Shown: positions 19,828-32,353 of the stretch, in pieces
Position numbering within the stretch: the stretch's first letter is position 1
Layout of the letters: each line of letters begins with the position of its first letter
DNA from: Vairimorpha necatrix
Lineage: Eukaryota
Assembly: GCA_036630325.1 (NCBI GenBank)
Contig: CP142731.1
Span: 186,001 to 250,000, forward strand
Length of the DNA stretch: 64,000 nucleotides
Direction: 5' to 3'
The notes under the pieces: model-generated
Database searches by the model: none
Told to the model about the DNA's origin: nothing
What the model saw: the letters and a program-made list of their open reading frames with translations, nothing else
Translations under genes and position numbers: made by a program

Positions 19828-22249
19828 TCTAATTTAGAGAAAATTCTTTAAATGATATTATTTTCTATTTATGACGTCAAAAGAGAACATAGAAAAGACG
19901 CACGAAAAAATATTTTGATTAAAATTACATGAAATTGACTAAAATCTAGTAATTGCCCGAATACCGAACTTGGCCCGAATTAGGTTTAAATAAAAATTAA
20001 CAAAAACAAAAAGCTTTTTTTTATTATAATATAAAAAAGATCTTCATATGTATTTTTTTGACTTCTTGATACATACTCAAGAAACAAATTTGTTTACGTT
20101 ATTTTTTTCTTTATACTTTTCGGCTAATATATATACTTTTTTTTATAATTAAAATTAAGAAGTATATTTTTTTTAATTTATATTTATATCTCAAATGCGA
20201 AATACAGCATTATAATTACAAATAAATATTTTTAAACGATGGTATCTGGTCGACTGTAAGTGCGAATTCTCAAATTGCTAATAAGTAATTTCAAATTAAC
20301 TTACCTAATCTAATACTTATGATTAAGACGAGGAATCGTGTTTAATGACTTTAAATGTACAATTTGCTCAATTATTTAAAAAAACGAATAAAATATTTAT
20401 CGCAATCTTTAAATTTATAAATTTATCAAAATTTGATAAATACTTACAGAAACTATGTTAAAGATGAAATATACAGTTATTACGAACATCATTAGAGTAA
20501 AAGCAGCATGTAACATAAAAGCATAACCTTTAATGCAATATTTATTTTTAGCATGGTGTAAGGAAGCGCTGTGTTAGAAGAATGGAATTTAACATAATAT
20601 ACGAAAGAAACATAAATTAATATTGGGTATCTTCTACCTTATATATAGAACATACTAATACGCTTAGAAGATCATTTAATACATTTATTTGAGATTTTTT
20701 TATAATTCTAAGTATTGGTCTAATGATAAAATTTGTGTCACATGCACTTCTATTCTTTCTTGCTCGATTGACGGAAATTATAGATTTTAAAAAGCCTATA
20801 GTTTATAAGTTAAAAACTTTATTATTCAGGAATATTTCTTTTAGCTTAGTTTTTTATGAATAATATCATATGCTGTTATGGCGCTAGGGCCTGGTTCCGG
20901 ATAGTGATTATAAAAAACACGACTTTCCCGGGAATAGGCCCCAAACTTGCGAATTACTTCTAATCTCTAGAAAAATGAAAATTCACGAAAAACTAAGAAA
21001 TTCATCTTTGAAATTTTTTCATCTAATAAAACAGTTATGGCCATCATTTAAAGGCGCAGCGTACTAAAAGAATTCAATCATGTTCAAAATGTTCCGAAAG
21101 CATGGTTTATAAACGCGATGTTACGTATTATAACAATGATCGACTAAGATGTTGAATTTGGAGTGTCAAAAATAAAATTCGGGGTTGGGGGCTAAAAATA
21201 CAAGTCTATAGGTAGACATATGCGAATACTTATTTAGGTACATGACCGTTTGAAACCCGCATTGGGAAAATGCCCCTACGAAATTTTTAAAAGACGTCCT
21301 ATAATAAATGACAAAATTGGTAAGAACAAATTTATTTAAACAGATGAAATTTTTTGAACTTAGAAATAAATTAAATTTAATTATAAAAAATCTATATAAT
21401 GCAGAACAGTGTTTGTCTTGCTTGTCATGAGGTTTGTAGAAATGCGAAATACTTTTTTGAGGCAATACAAGATAATATTATAAGTTCTACTGCGATCACA
21501 GATCAATGGTAGCAAATGATGCCGCATTAGCCAATTACAGGGATGGAGCAAGGACTGTAAATAGCGATGTCAATTTCGTAAACTTTATTAATTTGAGACA
21601 CATGCCATACATATTGATAGATTTTGGTTTCTTCCCAAACGAAATATTCGATCTAGACATGGAACAAACCAGGACGAACACTATGGTAACTTTTGAAGTT
21701 TCTCTGGTCGAATCAAATACCGAAAGATCATGATCTTTTATCATTCAAATTAATTGTTAAGTCTTTTTTTTAATAACTTTTTTTATTTTTAATGCGGGTT
21801 CATTTCCCCAATGCAGGTGCCAAACAGGTATGTGCGAAAAATGAATATGCATAATTTGTTTAGCATAATATAATAAAATTTGTGTTTTGAAATCATATTT
21901 GATCTTACACTAACAAATGTTTACAAAATAAGTGGTTTAAAAATTACGAAACTCAAAAAGATGGAAAAATATTAAAAAAATTAACAAATATATTTGTTGA
22001 TTGATGATATGATATAAAACCGAGCACATTTAAAAATTCTAAATATAGAACTGTTAATAAAAAGATAGATACTTTTAAGACAAATGTGTTCTAAAAATTT
22101 TCAAATACTCCTTTATACCTATCTACTATTGATCAAATTGTATAAATTATACTTAAAGTCAAGGCGTAAGGTCATTTTTACAAATACAGTATGATTATAG
22201 CCTTAAATGTTTTTTCAACTATATAAATGGTTTTTTGAGTTAAATTTCT

Positions 22250-22950
22250 TGCAAAAGTTAGATATTGTAGCACAGATCGTCCCTGTATCCCTCGTAGGAT
22301 TTAGATATTCCCAGACTAAAGTTTTCTGCATATCATTTTCGTTTTACAACTTCAAATATTTGTCTTCATTCTCCTTCAACAACACCACTTTTACAACCCC
22401 ATATTTGCTAGTGCACTTACAGCTCTAGCCGCTTCTTCTTCTCCTGCATTCTATTGATCGTATCCTCGTGTCGTTCCAAAGAGAAGGACTCTCGAGTCTT
22501 CTTCAGCACAATATAAAAGATGTATGCTCAAAGGTAGGGTCGAAAAATAAGCTCCCTGATGTAAAATTGTCTTATTTTGTCACCTTCCATCACATGTAAT
22601 TACATAAGGAACTATTCACGTGCGGGATTTATGTATTAGTCCCATTTAATTTGCAAGGAGGTCATATTTTCTTTTTTCAATCTCGACTATAGTTAGTCGA
22701 GCCTGTTGGTTATACCAACTTCAACTGAAAATTTCTTTCTTCTGTTGAAAACAAGAATGCCAGGGTTATTAGGGGTCACCATTATGTTAGTAGAAATCTT
22801 GTATCTACCCTTATTTCCGCACTATCATATTCCATGATCTCTTGTACTTAGTGTCTTGCATTTTCTTTGTCCTCTTAACTTATATTAAATACATAGTAAG
22901 AGATGGATGCATCTATTGCCTCGTTGTGTCTTTTCTTATAGTCAACCCCA
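22250..22950 (-). mobile_element. 5'-truncated, decayed non-LTR retrotransposon, restriction-like endonuclease type
   Basis: Minus-strand broken frames read DYKKRHNE, VEVGIT, IVEIEKKRKYDLLAN and PYVIT, resembling the C-terminal zinc/RLE region of R2/R4-type elements. Confidence 0.7.
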
Positions 22951-23554
22951 AAAATTCAATCAAATAATTTCTCAGAAAAGTTTTATAAAAAATTACTTAT
23001 TTGCTTTGTTTTTAAAAATATAGTAGCATTTGTAAATTTATTATAAATTTAGAGTAATCTTAGAATAAAGACAACTATTTTATTAATCCCGTATATATTT
23101 TATTCATTTTTATTTTTCAACCAGCGTATCTAAAAATATATAATATTTTTCTTGAGAAAAAATAAAAAAAATGGTATTAATAAAGTAAATTTTACAATTA
23201 AAAATTATTTAAAATATTTCAAATACGCGAAAAATGCAATTAGTAATAAACCTAGACTAAATAGAAAAAAATAAATTTATTATTTTTTTAAAATATTAGT
23301 TTTGTTGATCGAATCCAAAAGTATGGGACTAATTACTGATTATGCTCGTAAAAACATCTTAGTTAAACATTCTTTACGTCAAATATTTTCTAGTTACAAA
23401 TTAAATCAATATTTACTCTTTTCGAGATATAAAAATCTAGAACAATATTATTATAATATAGTACATATTGTTTGTTTTTAACGACATTAATGTTAAAGAT
23501 GTGTATTATATAATAGAATTAGAATTTTTGTTATCACTAATCACCTAACTATGA

Positions 23555-23932
23555 ATTTTTTATCAACGTTTACTAAAACCATTAACATTTTAATAACGTT
23601 TCTACCAATAAAAATTTGATTATCTTAAATTTATAAGAGCGCTTACTAAATTTAAGTTGTAAGTTCAATTTTAATGGCTCATTCTGCTTTACCATGTAGT
23701 ATTTTGGATTTATGCTTTTAACAACATGCATGCCTATTTCATTTTTTATCAACGTTTACTAAAACCACTAACATTTTAATAAAGTTTCTACCAATGAAAA
23801 TTCGATATTATTAAATTATACGTGTGCTTACTAAATTTTAGTTGTAAGTTTAATTTTAATGACTCATTCTGCTTTACCATGTAATATTTTGGATTTATGC
23901 TTTTAACAACATGCATGCTGATTTCATTTTTA
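23555..23932. repeat. Tandem duplication, 2 x ~186 bp
   Basis: Units start ATTTTTTATCAACGTTTACTAAAACC at ~23555 and 23741; both end ...TTTTAACAACATGCATGC. Confidence 0.9.
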
Positions 23933-25323
23933 TTTAAAGTCAAACATTAATTGTAAATGTAATACCTCGACATTTATAAAACTTGAATTAAGCACAAAAC
24001 AATTATTTTGTTGTACAATTTGTGTGATATGTGAGGTATTAAATAAAAATTTTCATGTAAAGAGTTATGTTTAATAGTCGTTAAAACCATAATTTGACCT
24101 CTTACGTTATTGTTTGATATATTAACTAATTTGTGGCAATAAAGCAATGTTCTCATGGCTGATATGTTGATAATTTTGCTGCATCTTTTATCTAACGAAT
24201 AATAATATACCATTAGTACAAAAGGTATAAGCTTTTGAAATTATAATGTTCGTCGAATGATAATTTAAGAGATAATTTAATGATTTGACCATACAATTAC
24301 AATGTATATAATATAATGAAATATACTTATGAATAATTATAACTGTAGTGTTATAAATGATAAAATAAAAAAAAAATTTGTTTATATAATTAGCAATATA
24401 AGTCCATATTAAAGTTCCTTAAATATACCCGTAGGGTTCAAACATTTCTACCTAAAATTTTGATATGAAAAAAAAAGTTTTCCTAATAATTTATTAAAAC
24501 TAATTTTAAATTGTTTTTGAAATTTATATGTACAAAAAACTTTGAGAATCCTCTAATAATATTATTTTTTCTCTCAGCTATAAAAAAAATTTTAAGCCTT
24601 AAAATTAAACTATAAATATATGATAATTTTAAATCTGCTGATTTTTTATATTTATAACTAGACTGTCAGGTTGATTCTGTGCATTATAAGATATATATTT
24701 ATACTTTCTAAAATTTTTTATTCAATTAATATTGCTCTTGTATAAAAAAATGATTGTGCGTTGATTCTTATTTTAGACATGGGACTTTTGTTGACCTATC
24801 TCACCTGCTGATCTTCTGTTTTTAGATTGATAATCTTTAATAACCTAGATAGTACTAATAGTATCTAAATGGAGATTACGACAATTAGAAGGCGTCTTCA
24901 ATCTTAAGAATTCTTGAGTTTTTACGCAAAATAGTTATGCTGTAAATTTATACGTCTATTCTTGAAAATCATTAAAATTATTACTTAGTGTCTTTAAAAA
25001 AGGTTACAATTGGTTTTAGAGGTCTCAGATTTTAAGAGCCTTATAGTTTATCATGCTTCTCGTAAATCTAGGATTGTTTACATTGTTTGCGCCCCAAGTT
25101 CTTATGATATAAATTTACCGCAAATATTATGTCTTAATCGCCGCATTAAGAAAAGAATTTGTATTCTAAGATCAACACATCCGAATCATAAAATATAAGA
25201 CCAACTGATAAACTAAACTACTCGACGTTTATTTTTTATTTTACACTTTCATTGCTAAATCTTGTTAAAGATTACAAAAAATAATTTTTTACATGAAAAT
25301 AATACTACTATTATAAATAATTT

Positions 25324-27507
25324 TTATTTCTCCAAATATTTTACCATTTTTTTTTTTAATTCTATTCCAACGCCGCCGTTCAAAATTCTTAATATTTCTT
25401 GGTCGCCAATCCAATTTCGAATATTTCTTAATTCTTTAGTACATTTTTCGTTCATTAGAAATTTTATATTATGCACAAATAATCTTATTAGGACATCTGG
25501 TAAATATTTTAATGCATTTTTTCGTATGTTTTCTTGCACATTTCTTTTTAACTCACTGCAAAATTTTTCCTTTATTTCATTTTCAACTTCATTGATCGTC
25601 TTTTCGTTTACTTCATCGTATAGTTTTCTCCGGACATACTCATTAATTGTGTTTTTAATTTTCTTGAATCCTTGTTTCTTTAAGTTTTTTTCAAAGTTTT
25701 TATTTACTTCGCCATCGACTATATTTTCGATTATTTTATTTAATGCTTCGCGTTTTATTTTATTTAGTTTATTTGCCAGGGGCGATTTCCTTAAGAGTTT
25801 TTTTATCTTCTTTCTTTCGTCTTCTGTCTTTCTTATTTCTTTTTCATATTTATCATCTTCTTTAGAATTTTCAATTAATTTTTCTTTGATTTTTTTTATA
25901 TCTTCTTTGAATCTCAAATTGTATATTTTAAGTTTATTAAAATATTCAATTGTATCAAACTGTTCAGTGTCATGTTTAGCTATTAAAATTATGTAGTTTT
26001 TTTCTGTAAACAATGAAGCTATTTTACATAAATTTTTTATAATTTCTTCTTTATATTTTATAAAAGTAAAAATATGATTTTTTATCAATTCTTGTAAAAT
26101 TTTTATCATATTTATATTTTCCCCTGGTTCAATTATATTAGCAATATCTTTTATATCTTTGAAAAATCCTTTTTTGCAATTTTTTTTTTCGTTCAAGAAA
26201 ATTTCAGTTTCTATTATCAGACAAATTTTTAAGAAATAAAATCCTTGGCTTTTTGTAGATATTAATTTCACCATCAAATTTTTAATTATTGTATTTCTTA
26301 AATCATCATTTAAATCTTTTTTTCCTATTATCATATCTAGTTCATTTTTATCTATTAATTTTTCAAGTAAAAGAATATGAGCTACTAATATATTTATAGC
26401 TGATTTACATCTGTTTAGAATTCTTCTAATAAGAAATTCTATCAGATTATTCTTGAGTAATAATTTAAAAATCATTTCAATTCCAATGTTTCTTTCAATT
26501 TTATTGATTTCATGAATAGTATTTACAAGTTCTTTAAATTCATTATAACATTTCTCGTCAATATAATAAATATTTTCAGAATATAATAATTCAGAATGTA
26601 TATTTTTTCTTACAAAATATGAAAATATTTTTGAAATTTGTCTTACAAATATTTTATCATGTTCTATCTCCACTTTAAAAAATGGACATACGTTTTCAAT
26701 ATAAGTTGGCGTACAGTAAACTGGGAATGTAAGAAGATTATACGTAATTAGTTTCGCGTCTCCTAATTTGTACAGGTTTTGTAATTTTCTTAGTATTTTT
26801 TCATTAATGTCGTTTTTATAAAATAAATTCTTGTTAACTGGAAGGTGAAATTCATCAATTTGTAGTTCATCCACGCTTAATTCAAAGAAATAACAATTCG
26901 TCATTATGTCAATACGAAATCTTATGTAGTATTTATGATCTTTAATAATATAATAAACGTATGATTTGGGCATAACCACTGTATGATTGTTATAAATATT
27001 AACACAATTCATTTCATGTATTAATTCATCGATACATGAACCTTTTTCACAAATATTTTCAAAATAAAAACCCTTCGTCAAATTTTTTAGCCTTTTTTTG
27101 TTATTTGTTAATTTAAAACATTTTACTATTTTAGCAATAATTGGGTCTCTTTTAAAATCTTCGTGATAATAAAACATCAAAAATGAGTTATTGTTCTGTA
27201 TAATTTTTTTAATATTCATTTCGATTTCTTTTAATATTTTATTTATAGGTTTATTATCATAACTTATTATGGCAAATCCAAAATTTTTTTGTCCACTTAA
27301 TTCTGACGGATCTTCTTCTATTTCCACTTTTATACTTTTTATTTCTTCGAACAATGCTAATGTTATTTTAGTATAAGATTTGGTGATATTAATTGTACCA
27401 TAATCCCTATTTTCTATTTTATTCATTATACTATCACTTATTTTGTTATATAAAATTTGATTAGATTGAATAAATAAAAAGGAAAAAAGCAACCACAAAA
27501 TCTTCAT
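25324..27507 (-). CDS. Large predicted secreted protein (~727 aa) with a Lys/Glu-rich coiled-coil C-terminus
   Basis: The internal Met at 27507 gives a classic signal peptide, MKILWLLFSFLFIQS. Long uninterrupted ORF with no recognisable domain. Confidence 0.75.
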   Translation of the reverse strand: MKILWLLFSFLFIQSNQILYNKISDSIMNKIENRDYGTINITKSYTKITLALFEEIKSIKVEIEEDPSELSGQKNFGFAIISYDNKPINKILKEIEMNIKKIIQNNNSFLMFYYHEDFKRDPIIAKIVKCFKLTNNKKRLKNLTKGFYFENICEKGSCIDELIHEMNCVNIYNNHTVVMPKSYVYYIIKDHKYYIRFRIDIMTNCYFFELSVDELQIDEFHLPVNKNLFYKNDINEKILRKLQNLYKLGDAKLITYNLLTFPVYCTPTYIENVCPFFKVEIEHDKIFVRQISKIFSYFVRKNIHSELLYSENIYYIDEKCYNEFKELVNTIHEINKIERNIGIEMIFKLLLKNNLIEFLIRRILNRCKSAINILVAHILLLEKLIDKNELDMIIGKKDLNDDLRNTIIKNLMVKLISTKSQGFYFLKICLIIETEIFLNEKKNCKKGFFKDIKDIANIIEPGENINMIKILQELIKNHIFTFIKYKEEIIKNLCKIASLFTEKNYIILIAKHDTEQFDTIEYFNKLKIYNLRFKEDIKKIKEKLIENSKEDDKYEKEIRKTEDERKKIKKLLRKSPLANKLNKIKREALNKIIENIVDGEVNKNFEKNLKKQGFKKIKNTINEYVRRKLYDEVNEKTINEVENEIKEKFCSELKRNVQENIRKNALKYLPDVLIRLFVHNIKFLMNEKCTKELRNIRNWIGDQEILRILNGGVGIELKKKMVKYLEK

Positions 27508-28518
27508 ATGGTATAAAAATTTTACACTTATATATTGAAATATGCACAACTTTATTTTTAATAAAAAACAGACAGGTTTAAATAAAAAAGACAACAGTAG
27601 TTTGCAATGTTTTCGCTTAATAAACATGTATATAGAGTTTACTTTTTTTAATTTTATAAAAGACTACTCTAGTCCGTTTATTTCTGCAGCTAAATTGTTT
27701 GTTTAAAACATCGTTTAGAATTTTTTGATAAACTTTGAAATGGTTTCAAAGAAGCTTCTTAGAAGTAACCTGTCAAGCTTTTAAATTAATATGAATTAAT
27801 AATACATCTAAAGCTTGCACGTTTATAAAATAAGATTTTTGAAATTTGTTAAACATAAAATTCTTGTAAAATGTGTAAGTTATCGTCTAAGAATTAAGAA
27901 TACGAAGGAAATTGTAATTTTAGTAAAGAAAATGCATTTTTTGTGTTCACATACATGTAAAATATTAAAAAAAAACTTAAAACTTTTCTATCAATCAATT
28001 TTTAAACTAAAAATAATGTCAATTTCAAAATTTTAGATGATCATTTGTTTTATTTTTTTTTGGATGGTTAAATTAATTTAAAGAACGATAATAACGATAT
28101 TTAGGAACTGCGTTTTATAATTAAATATCGTAATGAAAATATACTTACATATATTGTACGTCCCTTTGATTAGCGAAGAGGCAAAAAATTTTATATATAA
28201 TATTATTTTGCACAAATAAGCACAAAATAAGGGAAATAAGGATTTCAAAACTATAGAGAAGGGCATAAAAATTAGACAAATTTTTTAGAAACGTTAGATA
28301 AATGCAAAAATAGTGTATAATTACTAAATAATAACATATAACGTGCATGTTTTTATTGGCGATAGTTGCCTGTTGTTTCTTTTTCGAGCTATGATATTAT
28401 ATGGCCATGCCATTGAAAAGTCATATAATTCTTAATTATTAGAATAATGTTACAATCATTATTCGATACTTCGAGAGAAACCAAATCAGAAAATTCTCGC
28501 AAATTATTTAGTGTCACA

Positions 28519-29302
28519 AGGTGTCTGTGTCTTTGCCCAGTGGTCGAAGGCGATGCTTCCATTAAACAATGCTGGGTTTGATTTTAAGGGGCACCAAAAT
28601 TGTTTCTACTTTCTATGATGAAGTTGGAACAACTCAGATGATGAATATGTCCTCGATAAACATTAAGTTGATTCAATGAAACTTGTATGTGACCAGCCAC
28701 ATGTTATTAGCATCTAATGTAAAAACTCCCTCAAGGCCTAAAAACAGTATCTCCCTTGTGGCGACTAAATAATACATCAAATATCTGATGGGGACGGCCT
28801 AGTTGAAGCTTTTGCCGATGCTCTCTAGAGTGAGATCCCAGAGCTATTTAAGAGACTAGATGAAGTAGGGCAATAGAAGGTCTCGTGACCCCATCCTACA
28901 AGATTCTGTAATACGGTGGCTATAACGTTGGAGATTGGTGACCAACGCAGCCCCCAATAATGCCAGGCTGGTGATGTGGTCGTAAAAGCCGTGTGTGCAA
29001 TACAGAATATCATGAAGACCTTTAAGTTAGTAGATTTGTCTCTCCGCGGGTTATAAATAACCCGCCTCGTTAAGTATATCCGCTGTGAGGTCGCTCTGGA
29101 TGCGATTAAAGGTATAAAAGGAAAGTGTTCGTCAAGAGCTAAAGTCCAATGGATACGGCGAAGCATGCTGCACCGGCAAGTTGTATAGAGGGAGTTTTAG
29201 TAAATAAGAATGTAGCATTACCAGCTTTATAAGGTTCACCCCGAAATCCCTTTGATTTCAATGCAAGGAAATTCTTACCTCTTACTTACAAAGAAAAAAA
29301 AA
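28519..29302 (+). mobile_element. tRNA-headed SINE-like retroposon (~780 bp)
   Basis: 11-bp TSD TTAGTGTCACA at 28508-28518 and 29303-29313. A-box TTGCCCAGTGG, B-box-like GGGTTTGATT, and an acceptor-like stem ending CCA at 28596. CTTAC repeats and an A tail at the 3' end. Much higher GC than the flanks. Confidence 0.75.
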
Positions 29303-29599
29303 TTAGTGTCACAGTTCAAAACGATGTTACATAAAAACATACTTTTTATGATCAAATTTAAAAATACAAAAATTTCAATTAAAGCAATTACAAGAAATTT
29401 TTTATAAAGCTTGCTTAAAAAAAAAGTATCAATAAATAATCAATGGTGTTTTTCTATAATTTTTATGAAATTTAATTAGAATTTTTTATGAAATTAAAAA
29501 TGAATATTGATGAAAAGACAAAAGTTTTTTTTCTTTTTTCAGACTTGTCTAATTCCAACAAGGTTGATAGAAGGCAAGAAGTAATTACTTTTGGGACCA

Positions 29600-30780
29600 A
29601 AGCAAATTTATATATTTTATAATTTACTATGGAACCACATGACCCATGTTGAAATAAGGGCAGGCATATATAGACCATTAATTCTTTAAAAATTACGAAC
29701 AATGCTCTACAAATGTATTACGTATAATTGATACAATCTTTAAAGACATGCGATACAGAATGTTCATTATTGCAATCAAAAGTCTAAGTTGCAACTTAAA
29801 AAGCATTATAAAACTTTTGAATATTAGATATGTGCCAATCAAATGGAAATCTTGAACTAGATTATTACTGCAAAATACTCAAGGTAAAGATTTCTGGTTA
29901 ACTAAAATAATCCTCGACCATAGCACTACATAATTAAGATTATAAAGCGTTATTGAGTATTGTAAGTTCATTTACCAAATTTTAGTGGATGGTAACACTG
30001 CGTGAAGAAAGAAGTATGAATATGTAATTCCTTGAAATTTAATTTAAACGTTATGTTCTTGTTATATACCTCATATTGATAGCGGCAGAAAATTTGTAAA
30101 TCAAATACTCACGATTTATGTTTTAAATATGAAAAGAGACATTTGAGGGAAGAAGCTAGATGTCCATGCATACGAGAACTTATAGAACGATGCAAATATA
30201 AATAGATGAATGATTGTATCTACGCCGAGGACAAAAATTTTTTTTGGATAATGTACAAGAAACGAGAATAATTTATCATGTCATGATACAATTTAAGAAT
30301 GTACTACGAGACAAACCTTATTCTTTCTGATGTTTGGTAGACACACATAGACATAATGTCGATTCTCTAATACTGGTATAATAAATAGTGTATATGACGT
30401 AAAAATGTGAGAACAAATGACAAGCTAAGGATAGTTTTATCAAATATTCTAGATGCCTATTCAAATAAAGAAATTTCTTAAAATAAGCTTTGAATAACAC
30501 AAACTGTTAGATGACTGAAATTTATTATGATGAAGCAAGAATTAATACGCAAATGTTGAAGATAAACGAAACAATGAGGTATGTGAACAAATGATTTATT
30601 AGAGTATAAAATAGAGAATAGAGAGTTTATAAGATCTTATCAAAAATACAGCGTAAAAAAAGTAAGACATTTTTCATATGACATTTAGATACCGAAGTTT
30701 ATACTGTAACAGACATAACACAATTCATCAAAGTTGATTATGCAAAGATTTTACAATAAAATTATTATAGAAACAATTTA
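29600..30780 (+). pseudogene. Highly decayed integrase-like (Ginger/gypsy) remnant
   Basis: Broken frames resemble ILDH, HIDSGRKF (xDNGREF) and RCPC..ELIERC. Confidence 0.45.
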
Positions 30781-31097
30781 CACTAAAGATCCGAAGTTAC
30801 TTGGTATGACTAAAGACTTAAAAAGGTTTTTTATTTTATATTTTTTGTTTTTAACATTATTTCCAATTTTATAAATTAAAACAAATTTCCCTTCAAAAAA
30901 ATAAAACAAATTTTGGCTGTTATCAAAGACGACACATCCTATTTGTTTATATTTTTCAATTCGACTCTCGTGGAGGTAAATTTTAAAATTTTGCATTTAC
31001 AAATCGCCGAGAATGGTGACAAAAATATATCCCATACAAAATCTTTGATTTAAAAAAGCTTTTAGTTAAGAATTACGAGATAAGGTGGTTAGGTGCT

Positions 31098-32146
31098 AGG
31101 GGTTTTTATCGGGGTTGAACGTATAAAGACGGGTTTCTGGAATTGACCTAATCTGAAAATTTTTGGCACCAATATAAAAAACATACGAATAATTAAGAAA
31201 TTTAAGATTGAATTTTTTTTATTAATGAAGCAGCTATGGACTGATTCAATTGCATGGTCTACTAAAAAAAATCAATCATGTTGTAAGAGTTTATAGAATG
31301 TGGTTTTAGTTTATGATATTTTTACTGTAAAACTATAAGATTGAGATTTATTAGCTTTTTGTGAAGAAAAACAAAAAGAGTTTTTGAGAAATAAAAAATT
31401 TTAACCCTAAAGGTAGATATTTGCGAATTTTTATTGATAATGTTTCACGGCTAGGAGCAAATTCTGAATATAACAGTAATAAAAATACCTCTTTTATCTT
31501 AAATACTTTAAAGAGAATTAAAAAGACATAATATAAGCAATATCTGGAGATAACAAAAAAAACATGATAAAAATTTGGGCTAAATCTTAATACTAATATT
31601 TAAAAGTGCTTTATTCGAAGGAATACTAAAAATTTTTTTCAATAATGTATGATTAAAAACTAAAGCTAATTGGATAATTGGTGCAGTAAAAAAAAACCAG
31701 AAACTTGCACTCAAAGTTGTATTAAATTGAAAAAAGGGAACTTTTATCCACTTTTTCGTTGAAAAATATTCACTCCAAAGATGTGATTAAAACTGATGAG
31801 CACAGATCTTACGTATACGCTGTTCCTGAAATTGGTGGAGAACATATTATCCTAAATTATAAGAATAGTCGCCATTGCTAGTAAGGACCACACTAATTCG
31901 ATAGAATGTAAGTTGTCTCATTTCAGTTGAAATACAAACGAGTAAAAGCATACCAGATTGTTTATTGCCGAAATATATAGGAGAATATGTTTGGAGAAAA
32001 AGAAATTTAAAAATTCATTATTCTAAGGCCCACTGAGATATTCTTTCACCTCTTCAGAAACTTAAACATCAAAATAAATGATTAAATTCCTCTTTTCAAT
32101 ATAATTTTTAAAAAGTCTGCCCTGCAAAAATACACGAAATAGGCCC
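31098..32146 (+). mobile_element. Decayed Merlin/IS1016-like DDE transposon
   Basis: Broken frames read WIIGAV, IKTDEHRSY and HTNSIE. Confidence 0.6.
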
Positions 32147-32196
32147 TCTTCCCAAGTAATTATATTTGTATTTACTGAATCTAAATATTATAATTT

Positions 32197-32353
32197 ATTT
32201 GGGTATAATATTCGGCTTATTAATTACTTTTCACAAGATACGCTTACAGTCTCATCTGGCAGTTCCAGGACTTCCTTCTGAGATTCACTCATTGGGCTCT
32301 CGAAGACCCCTTCCTGATCTGTATCAAGCCCATGTCTGGCTGACATAATTAGG
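32197..32353 (-). mobile_element. Short retroposed element, copy A (~160 nt)
   Basis: Near-identical to 35364-35524. Flanked by a 26-bp direct repeat with one mismatch, TTTACTrAATCTAAATATTATAATTT (32171-32196 and 32364-32389). Confidence 0.75.

Noticed and set aside
20887-20941. Tiny inverted repeat GGGCCTGGTTCCGG...CCGGGAATAGGCCC resembling the Merlin-like end at 32137-32146
   Set aside because: Too short and imperfect, with no TSD.
25262-25996. 244-aa + strand ORF and other antisense ORFs (e.g. 522, 4896, 9028, 34212, 42543, 47617, 50970, 60056)
   Set aside because: They are shadows on the opposite strand of better-supported genes and show no recognisable motifs.
28520-28596. Functional tRNA gene
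   Set aside because: The T-arm has TTT instead of TTC and pairs poorly, and the anticodon arm is not formed. It sits inside a TSD-bounded element, so it is treated as a SINE head.
28825-29166. 113-aa minus-strand ORF
   Set aside because: It lies inside the GC-rich SINE body, where chance ORFs are longer. No motif supports it.
32220-32265. Hammerhead ribozyme in the 160-nt element (CAGATGAG...GTGAAA on the minus strand)
   Set aside because: The core reads CAGAUGA rather than CUGAUGA, stem II is not in register, and the motif is not kept in copy C.
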